From: Candidatus Hermodarchaeota archaeon
GTDB lineage: Archaea; Asgardarchaeota; Lokiarchaeia; Sigyniarchaeales; SOKP01
Length of the DNA stretch: 20,090 nucleotides
Reading direction: 5' to 3'
Assembly (NCBI GenBank): GCA_048885535.1
Contig: JBHLLO010000056.1
Coordinates: forward strand, 1-20,090
A model generated the notes under the pieces. That model worked only from the letters and a program-made list of their open reading frames with translations. It did not search any database and was not told the DNA's origin. The translations under genes and the position numbers were made by a program. Shown here one piece after another: positions 1 to 8,218 of the stretch (its first letter is position 1; each line of letters begins with the position of its first letter).

Positions 1-2
1 GA

Positions 3-305
3 AGAGAATATGACTTAATATTTTCAGGAGCTTCTTTATGGAGTATATTTGAAGAAGAAGATATTTTAAATCCAGGCTCCTCTACTTTTTTCTTAATGGG
101 AGGGGATGGGTATAATGCTGAAACTCCATTACCTATATCATTAGCCCAAAATTTCACTGAACAAATCATTCTGGCATATGAACAAGATGGGCAACCAATA
201 TTTTTTGATGGTCCTATTGTTTCAGTTATAGACCACATTGTCATTCCTGATAAGCCTAATACTCATTATATGATTAAGTATTTAAAAACAATTTTAATTC
301 AATAG
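3..305 (+). CDS. Molybdopterin-dependent oxidoreductase family (sulfite oxidase/MsrP-like Moco-binding fold) protein, 3' part; 5' end outside window
   Basis: The frame of ORF 96..305 is open back to base 3: REYDLIFSGASLWSIFEEEDILNPGSSTFFLMGGDGY...LPISLA...IILAYEQDGQPIFFDGPIVSVI...YMIKYLKTILIQ. This matches the family pattern (G.sL..ll, DGY, lLAY..dG.Pl...GP, wvK.l..I). Confidence 0.7.
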   Translation, partial: REYDLIFSGASLWSIFEEEDILNPGSSTFFLMGGDGYNAETPLPISLAQNFTEQIILAYEQDGQPIFFDGPIVSVIDHIVIPDKPNTHYMIKYLKTILIQ

Positions 306-318
306 CAGGATTCTAAAA

Positions 319-963
319 ATGGAAATAGACTTTAAAAAAAAAGAAGAACATGAAGCTGTTGTACAAAATAATATAAAAGAAGAATATAAACCTACAGGCT
401 TTTTACAAGATAAATCTAAAAAAATAATTCTTTTAGATCTTCTCTATTCTGTTATTATTGGAGTCATGGGAGGCATAATCTCAAGCCTTATACCTTTTGA
501 TTTATTAATAAAAGTATGGTATCCTTTTACAGGAGGCACCCAATTAGTAAGTGGACATCACGTAATGTGGGCTTCAGTAATATATGGTTTAACTCTAAAA
601 AAGAGAAATATTCTCATAACAATGTTCTCAAAAGGAATAATTGAATTCCTATTTGGAGATTTAACAGGTTTGCTCATTATTTTTGTAAATTTTATGGAAG
701 GAGCTTTCTTATGTGCTGGATTTTATTTTGTGGAAAAAATAGGAGAAGGAAATACTAAATTGGGCTGGGGTATTGCAGGTGGTATTGGTAACTTTTTTCA
801 AGCACCTTTTTTTTGGATTTATTTCGAGCGTTGGACAGTACATTGGATATTATGGGTTCTAGCGTTTATTTTTGCTTTTATCTCAGGGGTTCTCATTACT
901 GGCTTATTAGGTAGAATTATAAAAAATGGATTAATTAAAGCAGGGGTACCAACAACATTTTGA
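319..963 (+). CDS. ECF transporter S component (YkoE-like, group I)
   Basis: 214 aa, about 6 hydrophobic segments, motifs QLVSGHHVMW and KGIIEFLFG, Gly-rich last helix (SGVLITGLLG) ending KAGV. Directly upstream of ECF A and T genes. Confidence 0.8.
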   Translation: MEIDFKKKEEHEAVVQNNIKEEYKPTGFLQDKSKKIILLDLLYSVIIGVMGGIISSLIPFDLLIKVWYPFTGGTQLVSGHHVMWASVIYGLTLKKRNILITMFSKGIIEFLFGDLTGLLIIFVNFMEGAFLCAGFYFVEKIGEGNTKLGWGIAGGIGNFFQAPFFWIYFERWTVHWILWVLAFIFAFISGVLITGLLGRIIKNGLIKAGVPTTF

Positions 964-973
964 TAAGGGGTGT

Positions 974-2794
974 ATTGACCAGATTCCTTTTTCTAAAATC
1001 GCACTTTCTTTTGAAGATTTTTCATTTATCTATGGAAAAGATAAGAAGCAAAAACCATCTGTTTTAAACATTAACTTCCAGCTAAAGGAAGGCGAAACTC
1101 TTGTAATAGCAGGTCCTAGTGGAAGCGGCAAATCTACGTTATCTTATGCCATGAACGGAATCATCCCTTGGAGACAAAAGGGCTTTGTTAAGGGTGACAT
1201 AAAAATATTCGGTAAAAGCTTCTGGGATTATGACTTTTCTGAATTATCTAAAACTGTAGGTCTAGTAAAACAGAATCCTCTTGAACAACTTGTAACATTT
1301 TCAGTTAAAGATGAAATAGCATTTGGATTAGAGAATTTAAATTATCCTAAACAAGAAATTGAATCTAGAGTCGAAGAAGTATCTAAACTAATGGGTATAA
1401 GCCATATTTTGGATCGTTCTATAGAGCAATTAAGTGGTGGACAAAAACAACTTACAATATTGAGTTCATTTTTAGTGATGAATCCAAAAATACTTATTTT
1501 AGATGAACCAATTGCATTTTTAGATCAAGAATCTGAAAGTTTGCTTTTAAATCAGTTAAAGAAGTTAATTAAGTCTAAAGATTTACAATTAACCTTAGTA
1601 ATAATTGAACATCGATTATCTAGAGTTTTAGATATTGCTGATAAGTTATTAGTACTTGATGATATAGGAAAAGTAGCTCTAAAGGGAGAAATAACAGACA
1701 TATTAAAAAACAATTTTGAAAGTCTTAGAGCTTGTAATGTAAGAGTACCATGGTTAATTGAAATATTCGATGAATTAAATAAGGCAACAAAAAGTAGGTT
1801 ACTTATTAAGAATTCAATGAATTTCCAAAATTATTTTAAGCTTATTTCTAATTTAAAACATCAAGATCTAATTTTATTACGTGATATAATTACAAAAAAG
1901 GAAATTCGAGCGGAAGAATTAGAAAAATATGAAAACTTAGAAGAAGTAATAGAATTAGAACAAACATATGTTAAATCCCTCAAACATATGAAATCAATTA
2001 AAATTGACGATTTGGAATCGAGTAAGTCATCTTCCAAAAACAATTCTATTTTGGAAACCAAGAATTTATCGTTTATTTATCCAAATAGTGGTGTTAGTGC
2101 TCTTAACAATCTATCAATTAATATTCAAACAGGTGATTTTGTTGGTCTTGTTGGACCAAATGGTTCAGGTAAAACTACACTTCTCTATTTATTAGCTAAT
2201 TTATATCAGCCAACTTCTGGAGAGATTATCTATAAAAACCAAAATCTGGAAGAAATTAACCCTTATGAGTATGCAAAAAAAGTTGGATTTATTTTTCAAA
2301 ATCCAGAAAATATGATATTCAAATCTACTATAAAAGATGAACTATTATACGCTGCTAAGAATTTTGGAATACTTGGTGAGGTTAATGACAAATATGTGAA
2401 AAAGTTGCTAAATTTAGTCGGTAACGAAAGCCCTATGAAGAATCCTTTCAATTTGAGTTGGGGTCAGAAGAGACGGTTGAATTTAAGTTCAATTTTTGTA
2501 TATAATCCTGAAATTATATTATTAGACGAACCCTTTATAGGGCAAGATCAAAGGACCATAGATTCTCTAATAGAAACTTTATATATTGAAAACAAAAGGG
2601 GTAAAACTATAATTATTTCCTCCCACGATTATCATTTACTATTAAAGTATACCAAAAGGATTATTGAGTTAAATAAGGATGGCACTCTTCAGAATTATGA
2701 TACGAAAAGTAATTATTTTTCTAAACATAGCAATCTTGGACCCATTATTCTATTAAAGGAAATTAACAAGGTGTTAGCGAAGGTTAGAGAATAA
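974..2794 (+). CDS. ECF transporter tandem (double) ATPase, YkoD-like; true start is upstream of the tracked ATG at 1151
   Basis: Frame is open from 935. NBD1 Walker A GPSGSGKST is at 1112-1138, followed by LSGGQKQ, ILDEP, EH. NBD2 has GPNGSGKTT, FQNP, LSWGQKR, LLDEP, SH. Start uncertain (ATT at 974 or 983). Confidence 0.88.
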   Translation: MDQIPFSKIALSFEDFSFIYGKDKKQKPSVLNINFQLKEGETLVIAGPSGSGKSTLSYAMNGIIPWRQKGFVKGDIKIFGKSFWDYDFSELSKTVGLVKQNPLEQLVTFSVKDEIAFGLENLNYPKQEIESRVEEVSKLMGISHILDRSIEQLSGGQKQLTILSSFLVMNPKILILDEPIAFLDQESESLLLNQLKKLIKSKDLQLTLVIIEHRLSRVLDIADKLLVLDDIGKVALKGEITDILKNNFESLRACNVRVPWLIEIFDELNKATKSRLLIKNSMNFQNYFKLISNLKHQDLILLRDIITKKEIRAEELEKYENLEEVIELEQTYVKSLKHMKSIKIDDLESSKSSSKNNSILETKNLSFIYPNSGVSALNNLSINIQTGDFVGLVGPNGSGKTTLLYLLANLYQPTSGEIIYKNQNLEEINPYEYAKKVGFIFQNPENMIFKSTIKDELLYAAKNFGILGEVNDKYVKKLLNLVGNESPMKNPFNLSWGQKRRLNLSSIFVYNPEIILLDEPFIGQDQRTIDSLIETLYIENKRGKTIIISSHDYHLLLKYTKRIIELNKDGTLQNYDTKSNYFSKHSNLGPIILLKEINKVLAKVRE

Positions 2795-3670
2795 TTGAAG
2801 GATAAAAATAAAAGTTTGGATTATAAAAAGTATACATTTGTTTACTTTCCTGGAAATTCTTTTTTTCATAAATTAAATCCCATTTCAAAGATTTTCTTTT
2901 TAATTTTTCTTACCATAATTACATTTTTAATACGCTCTCTGCTTTTTTTAACCTTAATTTTTGTAATTAATGTAATATTTGCCTTATTGAGCAATATTTC
3001 TTTAAAGAATTTAATTAGAAAAACGAGATTTATCCTAATTGTTTTAATTTTTAGTGTTATATTAAATATCTTTTTCAATGCTATTCCAAGTGGTCAAGAT
3101 GTAGTTCTTTTCTATTTATTTAATGTTTCCTTTTTACCAATAAGACGATTAGCTGTATATTATGCATTGAGGGCATTATTTATTATACTTACATTATATA
3201 CCTCAACAATTATATATACTAATACTACTTCTTCTAAAGATTTTGTATATTCTTTATTGAGGTTAAGAATCCCTTACAGATATTGTTTTTCTCTTATGGT
3301 GGGAATCAGATATATCCCTGCCATAGAGCAAGAAGCAAGAACTATTGCTTTAGCTCAAAGAGCACGAGGATTTGGTTTGGGAGGAATTAGGAGTGTAAAG
3401 AAAGCTTATAATCTCATTTTTGAAAGATTAATGTCTACTTTAGTATCAATTCTTAGAAAAGGGCATACAACATCCATTTCAATGGAGAATCGATGTTTTG
3501 GATTATATAAGAAAAGAACCAATTTAATAAAAATCAAATTTAGGACTATAGATATTATTTTTTTAATTGGGTGTGTATGTGTCTTCACGTTTGTTTTATT
3601 ATACACATTCGAAATCTTACTCTTACCTCCCTTTCCTTCTTTATATCAAATATATTTAAGTCTATTTTGA
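2795..3670 (+). CDS. ecfT: ECF transporter transmembrane T component (EcfT/CbiQ family)
   Basis: HKLNPISKI N-terminal motif, several TM segments, TTSSKDF..SL..LRIP, RYIPAI..EA..I..AQRARG and SMENRCF coupling-helix motifs. TTG start immediately after the ATPase stop. Confidence 0.9.
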   Translation: MKDKNKSLDYKKYTFVYFPGNSFFHKLNPISKIFFLIFLTIITFLIRSLLFLTLIFVINVIFALLSNISLKNLIRKTRFILIVLIFSVILNIFFNAIPSGQDVVLFYLFNVSFLPIRRLAVYYALRALFIILTLYTSTIIYTNTTSSKDFVYSLLRLRIPYRYCFSLMVGIRYIPAIEQEARTIALAQRARGFGLGGIRSVKKAYNLIFERLMSTLVSILRKGHTTSISMENRCFGLYKKRTNLIKIKFRTIDIIFLIGCVCVFTFVLLYTFEILLLPPFPSLYQIYLSLF

Positions 3671-3718
3671 AACTTTTCAATTGGATTAATTTTTTAGAAA
3701 TAGATTATTATTAAAATT

Positions 3719-4591
3719 ATGGTTAACACCTTGGAAATTGTAAAAGAAATACAACTGAAATATCAGATTATAGGAAGAACAACAGAACTAAGAAAAATAT
3801 TACTTGCTAAATCTGTTGGAAAGCACATTTTGATTGAAGGTGAAGTTGGGGTGGGAAAAACTACTATAGCTAGGGCGACATCATCCTACTTCGATATAGA
3901 TTTCTTTAGAATTGATTGCAATGAGGAAACTCTCTCTCATAATCTAGTTGGATATTGGGATCCTCCATTAGTAATTGCGAAGGGGTATATTGAAGAATCA
4001 TATGTCTATGGACCACTTGCTTCTGCTATGTTAAAAGGTGGATGTTTATTCATTAATGAAATTAATAGAATGCCAGAAAGTACCCAAAATTCTTTATTGA
4101 CTTCCTTAGATGAAGGAATAATTGAAATTCCTAAACTGAGAACAATTAAAGCTCATAAGAATTTCTATGTAATCGCAACCCAAAACCCTAGAGCTCATGT
4201 TGGTGTAACAGTTTTAGGAGAAGCTTTAAAAGATAGATTCATATGGATTAAATTAGATTACCAAAGTCCAGAAGAGGAAATCTTAATTATCAAAAAAGAA
4301 GCAAATTTAATTAACTCTAATGAAGACGCAATTGCTAGAGTTTGTCAAAATATTATTCAAATGACAAGAGAAAGTACCTCTATTCGAAGAGGGAGTTCGA
4401 TTAGAGGAGGAATTGATCTTGCGAGATTAATTTTCAATTCAGGAAAAGAATCTAGTACAAGGAATTGGGTGGAAGCAGGGATTATGGCTTTGTACAACAA
4501 AATTGAATTAGAAGATGGAGTTTCTAAATCAAAAACAGAACTTATCACAGACATTATTATTTCTACTCTAAATAAAATGGATTTTCAGTAA
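3719..4591 (+). CDS. MoxR-family AAA+ ATPase (CoxD-like)
   Basis: Walker A GEVGVGKT, GPL, Walker B region LFINEINR, sensor I ATQNP, ALKDRF Arg finger, SIRGG sensor II. Followed by a vWA gene. Confidence 0.9.
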   Translation: MVNTLEIVKEIQLKYQIIGRTTELRKILLAKSVGKHILIEGEVGVGKTTIARATSSYFDIDFFRIDCNEETLSHNLVGYWDPPLVIAKGYIEESYVYGPLASAMLKGGCLFINEINRMPESTQNSLLTSLDEGIIEIPKLRTIKAHKNFYVIATQNPRAHVGVTVLGEALKDRFIWIKLDYQSPEEEILIIKKEANLINSNEDAIARVCQNIIQMTRESTSIRRGSSIRGGIDLARLIFNSGKESSTRNWVEAGIMALYNKIELEDGVSKSKTELITDIIISTLNKMDFQ

Positions 4592-4624
4592 TCGATGATT
4601 TCTCATCAGAAAATTCTGAAGAGA
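4579..4624 (+). other. Candidate -1 programmed ribosomal frameshift signal (G_GAT_TTT plus downstream stem-loops)
   Basis: MoxR ends ATG GAT TTT CAG TAA. The -1 frame is open from 4576 and continuous with the vWA ORF. Hairpins: GATGA-tttc-TCATC (4594-4607) and TCTC-a-TCAGA-aaat-TCTGA-a-GAGA (4601-4624). Confidence 0.5.
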
Positions 4625-4638
4625 TTGAGAATAAACGG

Positions 4639-5703
4639 TTGCATGTAAGGCTAACAGAAAGGATTCCCGATGAAGAAATTTTAAGATATGAAATTATCAG
4701 AAAAGAGCGAAAAAGACCTAATTATTATCAACATTTAGCAAATTCTCTGGATTATAAACAAATTAAGGAACTAACTTATTTAGCTATTGAATATAAAAAC
4801 TTAGAGGCTATTATCGGTTTACTCAAATCAAATGTTTATGCAGCAACTGATGCTCTAGATTGTGACGAGGGTGTTAAATTTTTCGCTGAAAAAGCAAAGG
4901 ATTCAGCAACTTCTATGGCAGAAGTTTACTTTTTTATAAGAAGACCAATATCTGAGAAATATAAAAAAATCTTTAGGCGATTAGCTCGCCAGAGTATATT
5001 AAAAACAGCTTTTAAAATCACTAGTAAAGGTATAAGAGGAAATTATAGAATAACTATCCCACATTATGAAATTGGCACACCAGAATTTGATTTAGATGAA
5101 ACAATTCAGCATAACCCTTTAAAAATACATCAAAAAAGTTTACACTATAATGATATCTATGGAATTAAAAGAAAGCAACAAAAGCGCAAGGTTGTTTTAA
5201 TTTTAGACACGAGCGGTAGCATGTATGGGCGACTACTTCTCAACGCCGCTTTAACTGCTTCCGTACTTGCATATAATATGGAAAAAGAAGATTATGCTAT
5301 AATCTTATTTAACTCAACCGCAATGATTTTGAAAAAGATTGATGAGAAGAAACCTATTGCAACAATCATAGATGATATATTGGACTCTGAAGCAAGTGGT
5401 TTTACAAACATACACATAGGTTTAGAAAAAGGGTTAAAAGAATTGAATAAAGTAAAAAAGGAACCGAGAAATCAATTTGGAATTTTAATAACAGATGGGA
5501 ATTATAATAGAGGTGAAGATCCTTTTCATTTAGCGGAAAGTTATCCGAAATTACATGTGATTGGAATGCCTGCTGAAAATGATGCTGATAGAGGAATTGA
5601 TGCATGTAAGGAAATTGCAAGTAAAGGAAGAGGTAAATTTTATGCTGTAAAAAGCTATAAGGAAATTCCAAGAACACTGATAGAATTATTATCACATAAT
5701 TAA
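4639..5703 (+). CDS. vWA domain protein (CoxE-like / chelatase D-subunit-like vWA), MoxR partner; frame is open from 4576
   Basis: Intact MIDAS: LILDTSGSM, GFTNI, ILITDG. FDLDETI motif precedes the vWA domain. Tracked start is TTG. Confidence 0.88.
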   Translation: MHVRLTERIPDEEILRYEIIRKERKRPNYYQHLANSLDYKQIKELTYLAIEYKNLEAIIGLLKSNVYAATDALDCDEGVKFFAEKAKDSATSMAEVYFFIRRPISEKYKKIFRRLARQSILKTAFKITSKGIRGNYRITIPHYEIGTPEFDLDETIQHNPLKIHQKSLHYNDIYGIKRKQQKRKVVLILDTSGSMYGRLLLNAALTASVLAYNMEKEDYAIILFNSTAMILKKIDEKKPIATIIDDILDSEASGFTNIHIGLEKGLKELNKVKKEPRNQFGILITDGNYNRGEDPFHLAESYPKLHVIGMPAENDADRGIDACKEIASKGRGKFYAVKSYKEIPRTLIELLSHN

Positions 5704-5738
5704 TTTCAAGGTGTAAAATTAGCTTAAAGGGGATTCTA

Positions 5739-6203
5739 ATGGAAAAAATAATGAGATTTGCTAATGAAGACGATTTTGAACTTTTAAAAGAGATGTACCT
5801 AAACGAAGTTGAAAAACACGAACGAAGCGCAATAAAATTCGCAGAAGATTTGATTTTTAGATTAAGAACAATTATTTGTGTCGCTAATTTTAAAGTAATT
5901 GGAACTGTATCTTGGGATACTCGTGGTGGATTAAGTGACGGAGTTATTGAATTAATTGGTCTGGGAGTAGCTAAAGATTATAGAAAGCAAGGAATTGGAA
6001 GAGAACTTGTATTAACTTGTATAAATGAAGTAAAAAAGTTTTTTAAACTCGAAGGTTATAAATTAAGAGTTACATACCTATTTATGGAAAGACAAAACAA
6101 TGAAGGTCGTATGTTTTATACAAATATAGGCTTTCATGAAGTATCAATCATACCAGCTTTCTATCCACAAGATGATGCGACATTGTGGATAAAATATTTC
6201 TAG
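5739..6203 (+). CDS. GNAT family N-acetyltransferase
   Basis: Acetyl-CoA motif LGVAKDYRKQGIGRELV and N..G..FY..IGF. Purine-rich RBS (aagggga) upstream. Confidence 0.9.
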   Translation: MEKIMRFANEDDFELLKEMYLNEVEKHERSAIKFAEDLIFRLRTIICVANFKVIGTVSWDTRGGLSDGVIELIGLGVAKDYRKQGIGRELVLTCINEVKKFFKLEGYKLRVTYLFMERQNNEGRMFYTNIGFHEVSIIPAFYPQDDATLWIKYF

Positions 6204-6223
6204 TATAGTTTTATAATTATAAT

Positions 6224-6313
6224 TTAATAGAATCTTACTCTTATGAACTCTTCCCCATAAATATTTGAATCAACTTTCTTTTTCTTCTTTGTTTTCTTAT
6301 TTTCATTTTTCAT
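6224..6313 (-). CDS. Putative 29-aa small protein MKNENKKTKKKKKVDSNIYGEEFIRVRFY
   Basis: Hand-translated ATG(6313)..TAA(6224). AGGTGAT lies about 10 nt upstream, the coding strand is strongly purine-rich, and the ORF fills an otherwise empty gap. Confidence 0.5.
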   Translation of the reverse strand: MKNENKKTKKKKKVDSNIYGEEFIRVRFY

Positions 6314-6319
6314 ATACCT

Positions 6320-6338
6320 TATAATCACCTTGATTATA
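6320..6338. promoter_or_regulatory. Perfect inverted repeat TATAATCA-cct-TGATTATA (possible operator or RBS-sequestering hairpin)
   Basis: 8-bp arms with a 3-nt spacer, overlapping the RBS of the small minus-strand ORF in the region divergent from polX. Confidence 0.35.
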
Positions 6339-6505
6339 CATCTAATTGATTTTTATCAATTTGTCTAATATTTAAATCTAAATGAATTAAGTTAGAAGTG
6401 GTTTCTTCTGTATTTATATTGACATTTAAGTAAAAATGTTATATTAATAAAGATTTAAATTGAAAAAGGCAATATTAGTTAATTAAGCAAATTGTTAAAT
6501 TTAAA

Positions 6506-8218
6506 ATGAAAAATATAGAAATCGCTAAGATTCTCTATGAAATTGCTGAGCTTCTAGAGTTCAATGAAGTAGAATATAAACCAAGAGCATATAGAAGAGC
6601 TGCCCAAAATATAGAGATGCTAACTGAAGATATTGAAAGTTTATATAAAAAAGGGAGCTTAGATGATATTCCTGGAGTAGGAAAGAGTATAGCATTAAAA
6701 ATACAAGAATACATTGAGACAGGGGAATTAAAATATTTAAATGATTTAAGGAGTCAAGTCCCTAATGGTTTACAGGATTTGTTAAGAGTGGAAGGAATTG
6801 GTCCAAAAACAGCACAGATCTTATATAAAGAACTTGCAATTAAGAATGTTGATGAATTAGAATTTGCTATTAAGAAAGGTAAGTTAAAAAATATTAAAGG
6901 CTTTGGAAAAAAAAAGGGAGAAAATCTTCTTAAAGCAATAGAACTATTCAAAACATCCCAAGATAGATTCCTGTTAGGAGAGATCTTGCCTATTGCTAAA
7001 AATATAAAATCAAAATTAGAAAGTTTAAAAACAGTTATTAAAGTTGAATTTGCTGGTTCTATCAGGAGAAGGAAAGAAACAGTAGGAGATATAGATCTTT
7101 TGGTTGTTTCTAAACAACCTAAAAGTGTTATGGAGTTTTTTATTAAATTACCGGAAAAAAAGAATATTATTTCAAGTGGAGAGATAAAAAGCACAATTGT
7201 TCTCAGTAATAATGTTCAGGTTGATTTAACTATTGTTGAAGATTCTAGCTTTGGTTCAGCGCTTCAATATTTTACTGGATCAAAGGAACATAATATTCAA
7301 TTAAGGAAATTAGCCAAAAAAAGTAATATGAAACTAAATGAATTTGGCCTTTTTAATTTAAGCGATAACAAAAAGATTGCTGGCGCTGAAGAGACAGAGA
7401 TTTACAAATTATTAGGTTTAAGTTACATTCAGCCAGAGTTAAGAGAAAATCGTGGAGAGATAGATTTGGCAAGGCTCAAAAAACTTCCAAAGTTAATAGA
7501 ACTTAAAGATATTAAAGGAGACTTACACATTCATACAGATTGGAGTGATGGTTCTAATTCAATTGAAGAAATGGCTATAACCGCCAAACATTTAGGATAT
7601 GATTACATTTCTATTTGTGATCATTCGAAGACTCTAAAAATTGCAGGGGGGTTAAATGAAAACGATTTAAAAGTTCAGATGGCTGAAATCGAAAAAATTA
7701 ATCGTAAATTAGAAGATTTTAGAATTCTATCGGGTATTGAGGCCAATATTGATACAAATGGGAATTTAGACTTAAAAGATTCTATATTAAAGGATTTGGA
7801 CTTTGTAGTTGCTAGTATTCATTCTGGCTTTAAACAGAGTGAGCAGTTTTTAATTAAAAGAGTTTTAAATGCAATGCATAATGATTATGTTAATTGTATT
7901 GGTCATCCCTCTGGAAGAATAATTAACAAGAGAGCACCAGCTATCTTAAATTTCTCTGATATATTTGATGAAGCTGAAAAACTCAATGTATTTTTAGAAA
8001 TTAATGCTTTTCCTGATCGTCTAGATTTATCTGATCTCAATTGCTTTAAGGCAAGAGAACGTGGTATTTTCCTTTCGATCGGTAGTGATGCTCATAATCT
8101 TAATCAATTGAACTTTATGGATTATGGTGTTAATGTGGCTAGGAGAGGTTGGTTAGAAAGTAAAATTATAATAAATACGATGAATCTAAAACAATTAAAG
8201 AAAGTCTTAGGACTTTAA
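6506..8218 (+). CDS. polX: DNA polymerase X / PHP-domain 3'-5' exonuclease
   Basis: AYRRAA, HhH motifs (IPGVGKSI, VEGIGPKT, IKGFGKK), GSIRR..ETVGDIDLL, VQVDL, YFTGSKEHN, PELRE. PHP motifs DLHIHTDWSDG, DHS, GIE, GHP, SDAH. Confidence 0.96.
   Translation: MKNIEIAKILYEIAELLEFNEVEYKPRAYRRAAQNIEMLTEDIESLYKKGSLDDIPGVGKSIALKIQEYIETGELKYLNDLRSQVPNGLQDLLRVEGIGPKTAQILYKELAIKNVDELEFAIKKGKLKNIKGFGKKKGENLLKAIELFKTSQDRFLLGEILPIAKNIKSKLESLKTVIKVEFAGSIRRRKETVGDIDLLVVSKQPKSVMEFFIKLPEKKNIISSGEIKSTIVLSNNVQVDLTIVEDSSFGSALQYFTGSKEHNIQLRKLAKKSNMKLNEFGLFNLSDNKKIAGAEETEIYKLLGLSYIQPELRENRGEIDLARLKKLPKLIELKDIKGDLHIHTDWSDGSNSIEEMAITAKHLGYDYISICDHSKTLKIAGGLNENDLKVQMAEIEKINRKLEDFRILSGIEANIDTNGNLDLKDSILKDLDFVVASIHSGFKQSEQFLIKRVLNAMHNDYVNCIGHPSGRIINKRAPAILNFSDIFDEAEKLNVFLEINAFPDRLDLSDLNCFKARERGIFLSIGSDAHNLNQLNFMDYGVNVARRGWLESKIIINTMNLKQLKKVLGL

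Noticed and set aside
324-345. Long A runs (about 334-342, also 13247-13256) as slippage or phase-variation sites
   Set aside because: The frames are intact Lys runs typical of AT-rich DNA, and no missing domain needs a shift.
3667-3680. Inverted repeat TTGAAA-ct-TTTCAA at the ecfT stop
   Set aside because: Short, AT-rich, with a 2-nt spacer; expected by chance.
1861-5695. Short alternative ORFs 1861-2061, 2004-2195, 2866-3078, 3406-3606, 4357-4554, 5402-5695
   Set aside because: All lie inside well-supported genes and have no motifs; they are shadow ORFs.
6754-7194. 146-aa antisense ORF within polX
   Set aside because: Codon-register mirror of polX with F/L/S/I-rich composition and no recognisable domain.
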